64,000 nucleotides of DNA from Mycobacteriales bacterium. Its GTDB lineage: Bacteria; Actinomycetota; Actinomycetes; Mycobacteriales; SCTD01. A model generated the notes under the pieces. It was not told where the DNA came from and did no database searches. It was given only the letters and a program-made list of their open reading frames with translations. Positions within the stretch are counted from its first letter, which is position 1. Every line of letters starts with the position of its first letter. The position numbers were made by a program, and so were the translations under genes. Shown piece after piece: positions 13,974 to 23,865 of the stretch. The stretch lies in contig JBBDWV010000040.1 in assembly GCA_040902655.1 (NCBI GenBank), forward strand, positions 6,300-70,299. Reading direction: 5' to 3'.

Positions 13974-14043
13974 GGCCTGCCGCTACCCCACGACGACCGG
14001 TACCGAACGTCTCGCCGGGACCGACGGCGGGCAGACTGCGGCC

Positions 14044-14685
14044 ATGCCAGGACGTCGCCCCGCTGTTGATCAGGACCAGGACCGTGAGCACGACTACGAC
14101 GTCGTGTCCTCGGAGACGAGGTACCGCGGGCGGATCATCTCGGTCCGCAAGGACGTCGTGAAGATGCCGGGAGACACGACCTCTCCGCGCGATGTCGTCG
14201 AGCATCCCGGCGCCGTCGGGGTCGTCGCACTCGACGGGACCGGGCGGGTGCTGCTGGTCAACCAGTATCGGCACCCGGTCCGCCGCCGGCTCGACGAGCT
14301 GCCGGCAGGGCTGCTGGACGTCGAGGGGGAGCCGGCGCTGGAGACGGCCAAGCGTGAGCTGGCCGAGGAGGCCGGCTACGCCGCCGACACCTGGCACGTG
14401 CTGGTCGACACGCTGACCAGCTCCGGGATGACCGACGAGGCGATCCGGGTCTTCCTGGCCCGCGACCTGCGCGTGGTCGACCGCGACGTGCAGGAGCACG
14501 AGGAGGCCGACATGACCTCCTGCTGGCTCGACCTGCCGGTGGCGGTCCAGCGTGTGATGGCCGGGGAGCTCGAGAACGGCATGGCCGCCGTCGGGCTGCT
14601 CGCGGCCGATCGGGCGGCGCGGGACGGCTTCACCGGGCTGCGGCCGTCCGACGCGCCGTGGCCGTCGCGCAAGACCGGCGCCTGA
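14044..14685 (+). CDS. Nudix hydrolase (ADP-ribose pyrophosphatase-like)
   Basis: Nudix box GLLDVEGEPALETAKRELAEEAGY (G-x5-E-x7-REL-x-EE-x-G). ATG 14044 is in frame within track ORF 13471..14685. Syntenic with Rv1700. Confidence 0.85.
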   Translation: MPGRRPAVDQDQDREHDYDVVSSETRYRGRIISVRKDVVKMPGDTTSPRDVVEHPGAVGVVALDGTGRVLLVNQYRHPVRRRLDELPAGLLDVEGEPALETAKRELAEEAGYAADTWHVLVDTLTSSGMTDEAIRVFLARDLRVVDRDVQEHEEADMTSCWLDLPVAVQRVMAGELENGMAAVGLLAADRAARDGFTGLRPSDAPWPSRKTGA

Positions 14686-14728
14686 GCCGGGGGCGCGCCT
14701 GAGCCGGGGGCGCGCAGGTCTCAGGCGC
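14681..14728. terminator. 17-bp direct repeat x2 plus inverted repeat between convergent genes (candidate bidirectional terminator)
   Basis: CCTGAGCCGGGGGCGCG occurs at 14681-14697 and again at 14698-14714. GCGCCTGAG pairs with CTCAGGCGC at 14720-14728. Confidence 0.35.
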
Positions 14729-15311
14729 GCAGGCCCCGCGCCCGCAGCTCCAGCGCGGCCAGCGCCTCGGCCGCCCCCGGCTCGCCGCGCCGCCAGCGCC
14801 CGACCGGGTCCGGCCCCAGCCGGGCCAGCTCGGACAGCGGCCGATGCACCGCCGCGCGCAGCGCGAACAGCTCGACGTCGTTCCGCAGCCCGGCGGCAGC
14901 GCCCGCCTGCCGCGCCCAGCCGAGCCGCTGCGGCAGCCACCGCTGCAGCGCCCACGCGATCGGGATCCCGGCCAGCAGCAGCGCCAGCACCAGGGCCAGG
15001 GTGCCGACCGCCTCCTGCTGCGCCACACCGGCGCGGGCGCCGGCGTCCCCGGCGCCGGCCGCCACGTCCAGCGGCGCGCGCAGGCCGCCGCCCACGACCG
15101 GAACGTCGTCGGCCCGCTCGGCCGCCCGTCCCAGCCCGGCTGACAGTCCGCCGCCTGCCTCCTCGAGCTCGCGGCCCGGGGCAGCCAGCCGGCGCACCGC
15201 GTCGTACACCAGCATCCCTGCCCGGACCCACACCAGGAGCCACAGTGCGAGGGCGGCGTCGGTGAGCAGCTGACGGATGCGCAGGGGCCCGGTCTCGGCA
15301 TACCACCTCAT
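14721..15311 (-). CDS. hypothetical membrane protein
   Basis: ATG at 15311 (MRWYAETGPLRIRQLL) is followed by two clear TM helices (ALALWLLVWVRAGMLVY and LALVLALLLAGIPIAWAL). Family not recognised. Confidence 0.5.
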   Translation of the reverse strand: MRWYAETGPLRIRQLLTDAALALWLLVWVRAGMLVYDAVRRLAAPGRELEEAGGGLSAGLGRAAERADDVPVVGGGLRAPLDVAAGAGDAGARAGVAQQEAVGTLALVLALLLAGIPIAWALQRWLPQRLGWARQAGAAAGLRNDVELFALRAAVHRPLSELARLGPDPVGRWRRGEPGAAEALAALELRARGLRA

Positions 15312-15435
15312 GCGGCGGCTCCTGCCCGGTGGGCGAACCCGCACCCGTGCACGAGGTCGGCGCCCTCGCACTGTGGATGCCGCCGGGGCGGGCAGCCGTG
15401 CGCTGCAGCATCCTCGCACAGGGACTTAGGATCAC

Positions 15436-15780
15436 GTGATGACCTTGTTGCCTCACGTCATCGTGGCAGGGTATGCACAGCTACCGCAGACGACCGGCGC
15501 TGGCGTCCTGCACCGGCACCTCACGATCATCGTGAAGGTCGAGAGACGGACGAGTCTTGTCGTTGATGTTTCTACGTCGCTTGCCACCAGGGTGGCCGAC
15601 GAGTTCGTGAGGGAGAATCTGCAGGGGCGGACACTCGGCAGCGCCGGGGACGACGAGGACTTCGTGCGCACGATCGAGGAGAACTACATCGGCAACGGCC
15701 AGAAGGCCATCGTCGGCGCCTACAGGGACCTGTGTCGCCGGTACTCCCACGGCGGGCGGGGCGTCAGCGACAGCCAATAG
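15436..15780 (+). CDS. DUF3870-like small protein
   Basis: 114 aa. VIVAGYAQLPQTTGAGVLHRHLTIIVKVE...VVDVSTSLATRVADEFV...YIGNGQKAIVGAYRDL resembles my memory of DUF3870 proteins. The likely real start is ATG 15439. Lower GC than the backbone. Confidence 0.5.
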   Translation: MMTLLPHVIVAGYAQLPQTTGAGVLHRHLTIIVKVERRTSLVVDVSTSLATRVADEFVRENLQGRTLGSAGDDEDFVRTIEENYIGNGQKAIVGAYRDLCRRYSHGGRGVSDSQ

Positions 15781-15979
15781 TTCGGCCAGCGAGTAGCACG
15801 GCCCGGGCTTTCTCTGCTGCTTGACGCGACAAGGCGCGACGCGTTTACTGGCGCAGCCCGGACGTGCGACACGCCGGATACACCGTTCCCTGGTGGGCCC
15901 TGCGCTTGCAAGCGCATACGACCCGCCCGTAGACAGCGGTGCAGCTTCTCGCTGTGCTCCGTCTACGAAAGGTTGGAAC

Positions 15980-17926
15980 GTGGCGTCCCGCTCGGCACTC
16001 ACACCCATCAAGATTGGCAGCACGACCCTGTCGAACAGGGTTGCGTTCCTCGCGACGGTGAACAACCTCGGACACAACCTGCAGGTCACCGACGCACAGG
16101 TCGCCTTCTACGAGGCACGCGCCCGAGGCGGTGCCGGACTCGTCGTGACGGAGGGCCTGTCGGTCCATCGCACCTCGGTGCCGAACGGCACCGTCCCGCT
16201 CGCCTACGACGAGAGCATGATCGCGGGCTTTGCTCGCATCGCCGACGCGGTGCACGCGCACGGCCGAGCGGTCGTCGGCCAGCTGTGGCACGTCGGTCGA
16301 CAGGCTCTGTGGAATCCCTCGCTCCAGCCCTGGTCCCCGTCCGGCGAACGCGACCCCTACAGCGGTTCTACGCCGCACGCCGTGACAGCGACGGAGATCG
16401 CGGAGGTGGTCAGGGGGTATGTGCAGTCGGCCGCGAACCTGCAGCGGGCCGGTTTCGACGGGATCGAGCTGCACGGAGCACACGGCTACCTGATCACGCA
16501 GTTCTTGTCACCGTCCAGCAACCGGCGAACCGACGCCTACGGCGGCGACACCGCCGGCCGGACCAGGATGCTCATCGAGATCATCGCGGGCATCCGTGAC
16601 CGGTGCGGCAATGACTTCATCCTCGGGCTGAAGCTCACTGCCCACGAGTACGTGCCGAACGGGCTGGATCTCGACGAGACTCAGCGGATCGTGGCGTTGC
16701 TGGCCGAGCAGCAGCGGCCTGACTACCTCGGCGTCAGCCAGGCGAACTTCAGTCCGAGCCTCGAGTACCACGTCCCGGACATGGCATTTCCCGACGTTCC
16801 CTTCGCGCACCTCTCGGCTGGTGTCCGGGAGGTCGCTGACGGCATTCCCACCATGGCACTGGCGAAGATCCCCGACGTGGAGACCGCCAGCGGGTTGATC
16901 GACACTGGTGTGGCGGACTTCGTCGGCATGTCGCGGGCATGGCTGGCCGATCCGGAGTTCGTGGTGCGCGTTGAACGCGGGGAGCGTCCGCGACCGTGTA
17001 CGTATTGCAACATCTGCTGGGATTACATCCACACCGGACGTGCGGTGGCCTGCATGTACGCGCCGGAGACGGGCCGCGAGTCGGTGACGGCGCCGCTTGC
17101 GGAGCTGCCTGAGTCGCGCCGTCTCTCCGTGCACGTGATCGGCGCGGGACCGGCCGGACTCGAAGCCGCCCGGGTCGCGGCGACGCTGGGACACGACGTC
17201 GAGTTGCACGAGGCGGGCTCCCAGGCGGGTGGACGCCTGGCCTGGGAGGCAACCGTGCCGGGCCGTGAGCGCATGGGCGCGGCAGCGGAATGGCTGCTGG
17301 AAGCGGCCAAGGACGCGGGGGCCCGGGTCTACCTCGACGACGCTGTCGACAGCGACAGGAAGCGGGCATGGGAGGCGGACGCCGCGGTGATCGACGCCAC
17401 CGGCGGATCGCCCGTGGTGGCTCCTCTCCCAGGAGCTGCACCCATCTCGCTTCAGGAAGCCTGGGAGCGCCGGGCTGAGCTCGTGGGGCCGATCGTCATC
17501 GTGGACGAGATGGAGGAGGAGCCGGTCTACGCGATCGCCACGGCACTGGCCGCTTCCGGATCGAAGGTCCATCTGGTGACGCGGCGCGAAGCTGTCGCCC
17601 GGCGGGTGGCCTTCGTGAGCAGGATTGGTCTGCTGCGACGCCTGGACCAACAGCAGATCGACATCCACACGCAGGTCGTGCCCGAGCGCGTCGAGGCCGG
17701 AGAGCTGACCGGGGTCCATGTCTTCTCGGGTCGTGAGCGGGTGATATGCCCAGTGGGGACGGTCGTGCGCGCCGGTCCTTACGCTGCCACGGCGTCCACG
17801 AATCCGGGCAGCACCATCGTGATCGGTGACGCTTCAGCACCGCGGGACTATGTCGCCGTCACGCAAGAAGCACGACGCGCTGTCGTCGCTCTCGGCGACC
17901 TCGTCGTTTCTGAAGGTCAGGCATGA
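15980..17926 (+). CDS. OYE-family FMN oxidoreductase fused to FAD/NAD(P)-binding domain (2,4-dienoyl-CoA reductase / enoate reductase type)
   Basis: N-terminus PIKIGSTTLSNRVAFLAT and GFDGIELHGAHGYLITQFLSP (OYE). 4Fe-4S motif CTYCNICWDYIHTGRAVAC. Dinucleotide fold VHVIGAGPAGLEAA. GTG 15980 is preceded by GAAAGG. Confidence 0.85.
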   Translation: MASRSALTPIKIGSTTLSNRVAFLATVNNLGHNLQVTDAQVAFYEARARGGAGLVVTEGLSVHRTSVPNGTVPLAYDESMIAGFARIADAVHAHGRAVVGQLWHVGRQALWNPSLQPWSPSGERDPYSGSTPHAVTATEIAEVVRGYVQSAANLQRAGFDGIELHGAHGYLITQFLSPSSNRRTDAYGGDTAGRTRMLIEIIAGIRDRCGNDFILGLKLTAHEYVPNGLDLDETQRIVALLAEQQRPDYLGVSQANFSPSLEYHVPDMAFPDVPFAHLSAGVREVADGIPTMALAKIPDVETASGLIDTGVADFVGMSRAWLADPEFVVRVERGERPRPCTYCNICWDYIHTGRAVACMYAPETGRESVTAPLAELPESRRLSVHVIGAGPAGLEAARVAATLGHDVELHEAGSQAGGRLAWEATVPGRERMGAAAEWLLEAAKDAGARVYLDDAVDSDRKRAWEADAAVIDATGGSPVVAPLPGAAPISLQEAWERRAELVGPIVIVDEMEEEPVYAIATALAASGSKVHLVTRREAVARRVAFVSRIGLLRRLDQQQIDIHTQVVPERVEAGELTGVHVFSGRERVICPVGTVVRAGPYAATASTNPGSTIVIGDASAPRDYVAVTQEARRAVVALGDLVVSEGQA

Positions 17927-19077
17927 GTAAGGCTGCCGAGGAGGATGCCGGCGACCTGGTACGCATGGTCCGCGAGTTCGTCAGGGAAGAAGTTGTCCCT
18001 GTCGTCAGCGAGTACGAGCGCTCCGATCGGTACCCGCACGAGCTCGTGGAACAGATGGCGGGCCTTGGCTTCTTCGGCCTGACCATCTCGGAGGAGTACG
18101 GCGGTTCAGGTGTCTCCACGCTCGCTTACTCGCAGGTCGTCGAGGAACTCTGCGCTGGCTGGATGAGCCTTGCGGGCGTCATCAACAGCCACCTGATCAT
18201 GGCTTTCATCATCGGCCGGTTCGGGACCCCTGAGCAGAAACAGGACTATTTGCCGCGCATGGCCAGTGGCCACTTCCGCGGCGCACTGGGTCTGTCCGAA
18301 GCAGACGCTGGCAGCGATGCTGCAGCGATCCGCACGAGCGCCGTGCGTGACGGGAACGCCTACGTCGTCAACGGCAGCAAGCTGTGGGTCACGAACGGGA
18401 GGCATGGCAGCGGCATGATTCTCGCCGCCAAGACCGACCCGTCGGCCGAGCCCGCACGAAAAGGGATCAGCCTCTTCATCGCTGAGCATGGCGAGGGCTA
18501 CCACGTGCAGCGAGATCACGACAAGCTCGGCTACAAGGGTGTGGAGACCAGCGAGATCGTGCTTGACGGATACCGCGCCGACAGCTCGAAGCTGTTGGGG
18601 GGGCGTGAAGGCGAGGGCTTCGCTCAGGTTCTGGCCGGCCTCGAGCTCGGCAGGGTGAACGTGGCGGCACGTGCTGTCGGCGTCGCCAGGGCCGCCTTCG
18701 AGCACGCGCTCGCCTACGCCCAGCAGCGAGAGACCTTCGGAAAGCCGATTGCGCAGCATCAGACCGTGCAGAACCAGCTGGCGGACATGGCCACGAACCT
18801 TCGCGCCGCGCGGCTGCTCACCAGGAGTGCTGCCGAGAAGATGGACCGCGGTGAGCGCGCCGACCTGGAGGCAGGGATGGCCAAGCTCTTCGCCTCCGAG
18901 ACAGCAGCTTCGAACGCGTTGACAGCAATGCGGATCCACGGCGGATTCGGGTTCACCAAGGAGTTCGCTGTCGAGAGGTTCTACCGCGACGCACCTTTGA
19001 TGCTCATCGGGGAAGGAACGAGCGAGATCCAGCGCCTCGTCATCGCCCGCGCCCTGCTCAAGGGGGGACAGCCGTGA
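17923..19077 (+). CDS. acyl-CoA dehydrogenase
   Basis: 384 aa. Contains GFFGLTISEEYGGSG and LSEADAGSDAAAIRTSA, with catalytic-base region GEGTSEIQRLVIAR near the C-terminus. ATGA overlap with the upstream gene. Confidence 0.92.
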   Translation: MSKAAEEDAGDLVRMVREFVREEVVPVVSEYERSDRYPHELVEQMAGLGFFGLTISEEYGGSGVSTLAYSQVVEELCAGWMSLAGVINSHLIMAFIIGRFGTPEQKQDYLPRMASGHFRGALGLSEADAGSDAAAIRTSAVRDGNAYVVNGSKLWVTNGRHGSGMILAAKTDPSAEPARKGISLFIAEHGEGYHVQRDHDKLGYKGVETSEIVLDGYRADSSKLLGGREGEGFAQVLAGLELGRVNVAARAVGVARAAFEHALAYAQQRETFGKPIAQHQTVQNQLADMATNLRAARLLTRSAAEKMDRGERADLEAGMAKLFASETAASNALTAMRIHGGFGFTKEFAVERFYRDAPLMLIGEGTSEIQRLVIARALLKGGQP

Positions 19078-19559
19078 GCAGCCGGATCGAGCAGCGCTAC
19101 GGCCGTGCCTACGAGGACTTCGAGGTGGGAGCGATCTATGCCCACCGGCCGGGACGGACGATCACGGAGTATGACAACCTCTCGTTCTCCCTGCTCACCC
19201 AGAACCAGCATCCCCTGCACATCGACGCCGCCTACGCAGCTGAGACGCGATTCGGTCAACAGCTCGTGGTCGGCGTTCTGGTTCTGTCCGTGTCGGTCGG
19301 CCAGTCGGTCGCCGACATCAGCGGGATGGCTGTAGCCAACCTGGGCTACGAGCAGGTTCGGCATCTCGCCCCCACCTATCACGGCGACACGCTCTACTCC
19401 GAGACCGAGGTCCTGGACAAGCGTGTCAGCAGCAGTGACGCCGCGAACGGCATCGTCTATGTAGAGACGCGCGCCAACAATCAACGGGACGAGACGGTTC
19501 TGGTCTTCCGTCGCCACATCCTGGTGCCGTTGAGCAGGGTCCAGGGCCGGGAACGATGA
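19074..19559 (+). CDS. MaoC-family (R)-specific enoyl-CoA hydratase/dehydratase
   Basis: 161 aa hot-dog fold with the NQHPLHIDAAYA motif (cf. N-P-l-H-x-D). GTGA overlap upstream and ATGA overlap downstream. Confidence 0.85.
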   Translation: MSSRIEQRYGRAYEDFEVGAIYAHRPGRTITEYDNLSFSLLTQNQHPLHIDAAYAAETRFGQQLVVGVLVLSVSVGQSVADISGMAVANLGYEQVRHLAPTYHGDTLYSETEVLDKRVSSSDAANGIVYVETRANNQRDETVLVFRRHILVPLSRVQGRER

Positions 19560-20752
19560 CTCTGCTGACCGGGCTCCGTGTGCTGACGGTGGACCAGTAC
19601 GGGGCTGGCCCCTACGCCGGTCTGCATCTCGCCGACATGGGCGCAGACGTCATCAAGATCGAACCGCCGGAAGGCGGTGACTATGGGCGGAGTGTCCCAC
19701 CGTTCACGACGGACACGGGTGACGACAGCCTGTTCTTCCAGGCGTTCAACCGAAACAAGCGGAGTGTCGCGCTCGACCTCGCGCACCCGCTCGGCGCCGA
19801 CACGTTTCGCCGCCTGACGGCACGTGCCGATGCCGTGCTGACCAATCTCCGTGGCGATGCCGCACGCAGGCTCGGTCTCGGATACGAATTGCTTTGCGAC
19901 GTGAACCCCCGGATCGTGTGCGCCTTCCTGACCGGATTCGGGAGAGACGGCCCGAGGTCGAACGACGCGGGCTTCGACTACATGCTGCAGGCGGAGTCGG
20001 GAATCATGAGCCTGGCGGGAGAGCCGGGCGGTCCGCCCGTCAAGGCGGGCGTGTCGATCATCGACTTCGCGGCGGGCATCTCCAGCGCGATGTCCCTGCT
20101 GGCGGGTGTGCTTTCGGCGCGCGAGAAGGGTCGTGGCGGAGATGTCGACGTCTCGCTGCAGGACACCGCAGCCAGCCTGCTCAACTACGTGGCGACATGG
20201 CAGCTGACCCGCGGCTACGAGACGCCCAGGTTGGCTCAGTCCGCGCACCCATCCCTCGTGCCGTCACAGCTGTTCGACTGCCTGGACCGCCCCATCATGG
20301 TGATGGTGAACAAAGAGGCGTTCTGGCCTCGCCTGGCAGCTGCCGTCGGTCGTCCGGAGTGGATGGATGCGCCGGACCGGGCTGATTTTTCGCAGCGGCT
20401 ACGCAACCGGCAGGTGGTGACGAGCGACCTGCAGGACGTCTTCACGACGGGCACGGCAGCGCACTGGCTGGAGCGACTTGCTGCCCACGGGGTGCCCAGC
20501 GCTCCCGTGCGGACGGTGTCCGAAGCCTTCTGCGCGCCGGGATATGCCGACCGGACGGTGAGCTTCCCGCATGAGGAGTTCGGCGAGGTCCGCAGTCCTG
20601 GACCCCTGGTGAGCGCAGGGCCGCCGGTGGTGCCGCGGCGCGGTCCCTCGTTGGGTCAGCACACGGAGGAGGTGCTCGCTTCGGTTGCCGGGATGACGGC
20701 AACCGAGATCTCAGATCTTAAGTCCGCTGGTGTCATCCCAACGAAAGGTTGA
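19556..20752 (+). CDS. family III CoA-transferase (CaiB/BaiF)
   Basis: N-terminus LTGLRVLTVDQYGAGPYAGLHLADMGADVIKIEPPEGGD is the canonical family III opening. 398 aa. Confidence 0.9.
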   Translation: MTLLTGLRVLTVDQYGAGPYAGLHLADMGADVIKIEPPEGGDYGRSVPPFTTDTGDDSLFFQAFNRNKRSVALDLAHPLGADTFRRLTARADAVLTNLRGDAARRLGLGYELLCDVNPRIVCAFLTGFGRDGPRSNDAGFDYMLQAESGIMSLAGEPGGPPVKAGVSIIDFAAGISSAMSLLAGVLSAREKGRGGDVDVSLQDTAASLLNYVATWQLTRGYETPRLAQSAHPSLVPSQLFDCLDRPIMVMVNKEAFWPRLAAAVGRPEWMDAPDRADFSQRLRNRQVVTSDLQDVFTTGTAAHWLERLAAHGVPSAPVRTVSEAFCAPGYADRTVSFPHEEFGEVRSPGPLVSAGPPVVPRRGPSLGQHTEEVLASVAGMTATEISDLKSAGVIPTKG

Positions 20753-20757
20753 GAACC

Positions 20758-21813
20758 ATGTCCATGCACGTCAAGAGGAAGCTCATGCTCCTCAGGCTCG
20801 GCACGTTGGCGCTGTCTGCAGTACTCCTTTCGACCGGCTGCGCCGAAGTCGGCGAAACATCTGCGGACGATGACGGAAGCGGGCAGGCGTCGAAGGCTGC
20901 CGCGGCCCCCGAAGGATATCCGCAGCGGCCTGTGGAGCTGAATGTCGTCTACCCGGCCGGCGGTGGTATGGACGTCACCGCGCGCGCGCTCGCGGCCGCC
21001 GCCGAGGAGGTGATCGGCGACAAGTACCGCGTCGTCAACCGCGAGGGCGCCGGCGGGCTGGTGGGCCACACGTACCTCGCCAAGCAGGCCAAGCCCGAGG
21101 GGTACGAGCTGGGCGTCATCGCGGTGGACTTCCTGTTCTTCGACATCACGCTCCGCGATGCCACCTTCGGCAAAGACGATCTGGCGCCGCTGGCCTACAT
21201 CGCGTTCGAGCCGGTCGTGCAGGTTGTGCGGGCCGACTCCGAGCTGGCCGACATGGAGTACAAGCAGATCCTGGCCCAGGCGAAGGAGAATCCCGGAGAC
21301 CTTCGGGTCGGAGTGGTGCCGAACACGACGTTCGACGTGTTCACGAAGGTGGTGTCGCAGCAGTCGGGCGCCGAGTTCACCACCGTGCCTTTCGACGGGG
21401 GAAAGCCCGGTGTCACAGCTCTGCTGAGCGGGGACATCGACATCACGAATGCCTTCTACGGTGAGGTACAGGCATTCATCGACAGCGGTGATCTGGTGCC
21501 GATCGCGATCAGCGACAACACTGCATACGCGGCCCTGCCCGACGTCCCCACCATGAGCGACGTCGACATCGACGTCCCCGACAAGACCTTCGGGGCAGGT
21601 CGCATGCTCGTGGCTCCTGCCGGGATGGATCGCAACTTCCAGGAGTACCTCGCTCAGCAGTTCCTGGAAGTCCTGCAGAGCGACGCCGCGGTCAAGCAGT
21701 TCGAGGAGGTCGGTGCACCACTCGACCCAGCCGGGATCGAGCAGGCGCGGGAGCTGTATGCCTCCGTCTTCGAGGAGCTGCCGAAGGTGCTGGAGGAAGC
21801 GGGGAATGGGTGA
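20758..21813 (+). CDS. tctC: tripartite tricarboxylate transporter substrate-binding lipoprotein (TctC/Bug family)
   Basis: Lipobox LSTGC, then YPQRPVELNVVYPAGGGMDVTARAL and NREGAGG, typical of the Bug/TctC family. ATG 20758 follows GAAAGG. Confidence 0.85.
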   Translation: MSMHVKRKLMLLRLGTLALSAVLLSTGCAEVGETSADDDGSGQASKAAAAPEGYPQRPVELNVVYPAGGGMDVTARALAAAAEEVIGDKYRVVNREGAGGLVGHTYLAKQAKPEGYELGVIAVDFLFFDITLRDATFGKDDLAPLAYIAFEPVVQVVRADSELADMEYKQILAQAKENPGDLRVGVVPNTTFDVFTKVVSQQSGAEFTTVPFDGGKPGVTALLSGDIDITNAFYGEVQAFIDSGDLVPIAISDNTAYAALPDVPTMSDVDIDVPDKTFGAGRMLVAPAGMDRNFQEYLAQQFLEVLQSDAAVKQFEEVGAPLDPAGIEQARELYASVFEELPKVLEEAGNG

Positions 21814-22327
21814 CCCGGACCGCGCGCACGGTCGACATCCGACGGACGTCCTGGCCCGGTATGCCCCTCCTGCGGTGGTGGCCGGGCTCGTCCTGGCAGC
21901 CGGGGCGGCCGTACTCACGCTGAGGACGCTTGATTTTCCGGAAACGTCGCGGGGTCATCCGCTCGTCGTGCTCGGGGGGGCCAGCGTCCTACTGGCCCTC
22001 TCGGCGCTCAAGAACCGTCAGTCACTCCCGTCGCAGTCCTCACCTGCGGCGAAGCCGACTTTCGATGCTCGTGTGTCAGCATTTTTTGGTATTTGGCTGC
22101 TGTACCCCATCGCGTTGCTGGCAGCCGGTTTCCTCGGCTCGACGATCGCGGCACTGGCTGCTTCGTTGTCCCTGCTCGGGATCAAGCGCCGTTGGGCCTG
22201 GGCTGCCGGCACTGTGCCGGTCACCTTGATGATCTTCGCACTGCTACAGGTGGTGCTGAACATCGCGATGCCGCAGAGTGTGGCGGACAGGCTGGTCGCC
22301 GACTTCCTCTACGGGCTGCGGGGCTGA
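21806..22327 (+). CDS. tctB: tripartite tricarboxylate transporter small membrane subunit TctB
   Basis: About 173 aa with 4 TM helices. ATG 21806 overlaps the tctC stop. Assigned by position between tctC and tctA. Confidence 0.6.
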   Translation: MGDPDRAHGRHPTDVLARYAPPAVVAGLVLAAGAAVLTLRTLDFPETSRGHPLVVLGGASVLLALSALKNRQSLPSQSSPAAKPTFDARVSAFFGIWLLYPIALLAAGFLGSTIAALAASLSLLGIKRRWAWAAGTVPVTLMIFALLQVVLNIAMPQSVADRLVADFLYGLRG

Positions 22328-22332
22328 GCCTG

Positions 22333-23865
22333 GTGGACGGCGCGCTGCTCGAAGGCATCCTGCTGGCCCTGCAACCGGTCAGCCTTGCCGCCGCCGTCGT
22401 CGGTGTCCTGCTCGGGGTGCTGGTGGGAGCCATTCCGGGTCTCACCGCCACGCTGGGTGTCGCGCTGCTTGTTCCGGTGACCTTCGTGCTGGATCCCAGC
22501 ACGGGGATGATCATGCTCACGGGTGTTTACGCGGGCGCCATCTACGCCGGTGCCATCACGGCCATCTTGTTACGGATCCCCGGCACTCCGGCGTCCATCC
22601 CGGCGACGTGGGACGGGTACCCGCTGACGCAGCGCGGGCAGGCCCGTCTCGCGCTGGGGACGGCAGCCTTCGCCTCCGGGATCGGCGGGCTTCTGTCCGG
22701 GGTCGCCCTCTTCAGCTTGTCACCGTTGCTGGCACGGCTCGCGCTGAGCTTCGGCGCTGTCGAGTATGTGGCTCTCGTGCTGTTCGGGCTGATCGTGGTC
22801 GTCTTCCTCCTCGACGGCTCCCTCCTGCACTCCTGTGCTGGGGTCTTCGTGGGCATGTCGCTGGGTCTGGTCGGTCTGGACCCTGAGTTCGGCTTTGCGC
22901 GGTACGTCTTCGGCCGCTTCGAGCTGGCAGGCGGCCTGGGGGTCGTCCCCGTCCTCATCGGCGTGTTCTGCATCACGGAGGCGGGTCGGCTGGCAGCGCT
23001 GACCAGGTCTGACTACCGCCCGGGGGAGTCGGTGTCCATGGCGCCGGGCCGGCGTCTCCCTTCGCTTCGGGACGTGCGGAGCAACGGATGGAACCTGGGG
23101 CGCTCGTCCGCTATCGGTGTCGGGCTGGGTGTCCTGCCCGCGGTCGGACCCGAGACGACGCCCTTCATCAGCTATGCGGCGGCGCGCCGCGCGTCGAAGC
23201 GCAAGGACCTCTACGGGAAGGGGTCATTGGAGGGCCTCATGGCGGCAGAGGCCTCGAACAACGCCAACGTCGGTGGCTCCCTGATCCCGACGCTCGCGCT
23301 CGGCATCCCCGGCAGCGCCGTTGCGGCCGTCTTCCTGGGAGCCCTGACACTGCAGGGGCTACGTCCGGGGCCGCTGTTGTTCGTGGAGCAACCCGTCCTG
23401 GTGTACTCGATCTTTACCGGATTCATGCTCGTCAACCTGTTCATGCTGGTCGCGGGCATCGTCTTCGTCCGGCAGTTCGCCGTGGTGCTCCGCCTTCCGC
23501 ACGCCGCGCTGGCCACAGCAGTCGCGTTCTTCTCCGTCATCGGTGCCTTCGCCATCGGCAGTAACATCTTCAATGTCTGGGTGATGTTCGCCGCCGGGCT
23601 GCTCGCGGCGCTGCTGCTGGCAGCACGGATTCCCCTGGCGCCGGTTGTCCTCGGACTGATCCTGGGTCCGATCCTGGAAACCAACCTCGTCCGGGCGCTC
23701 GCTGCCTCGCAGGGGGACTGGAGCATCTTTGTGCAGCGGCCGATCTCCCTGGGCTTCCTGCTGGCCGGGCTGGTCGTCGTTGCCGTCGTCTCCGTCGGAC
23801 GCCTGCGCCGGGCTCGGGGCCGGACAGGGGAGCAGGCTGTCGCCGATTCCCTCGATGTCCGCTGA
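22333..23865 (+). CDS. tctA: tripartite tricarboxylate transporter permease TctA
   Basis: GVLVGAIPGLTATLGVALLVPVTF and LALGIPGSAVAAVFLGAL motifs. About 510 aa and polytopic. Start GTG 22333 is uncertain by a few codons. Confidence 0.85.
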   Translation: MDGALLEGILLALQPVSLAAAVVGVLLGVLVGAIPGLTATLGVALLVPVTFVLDPSTGMIMLTGVYAGAIYAGAITAILLRIPGTPASIPATWDGYPLTQRGQARLALGTAAFASGIGGLLSGVALFSLSPLLARLALSFGAVEYVALVLFGLIVVVFLLDGSLLHSCAGVFVGMSLGLVGLDPEFGFARYVFGRFELAGGLGVVPVLIGVFCITEAGRLAALTRSDYRPGESVSMAPGRRLPSLRDVRSNGWNLGRSSAIGVGLGVLPAVGPETTPFISYAAARRASKRKDLYGKGSLEGLMAAEASNNANVGGSLIPTLALGIPGSAVAAVFLGALTLQGLRPGPLLFVEQPVLVYSIFTGFMLVNLFMLVAGIVFVRQFAVVLRLPHAALATAVAFFSVIGAFAIGSNIFNVWVMFAAGLLAALLLAARIPLAPVVLGLILGPILETNLVRALAASQGDWSIFVQRPISLGFLLAGLVVVAVVSVGRLRRARGRTGEQAVADSLDVR

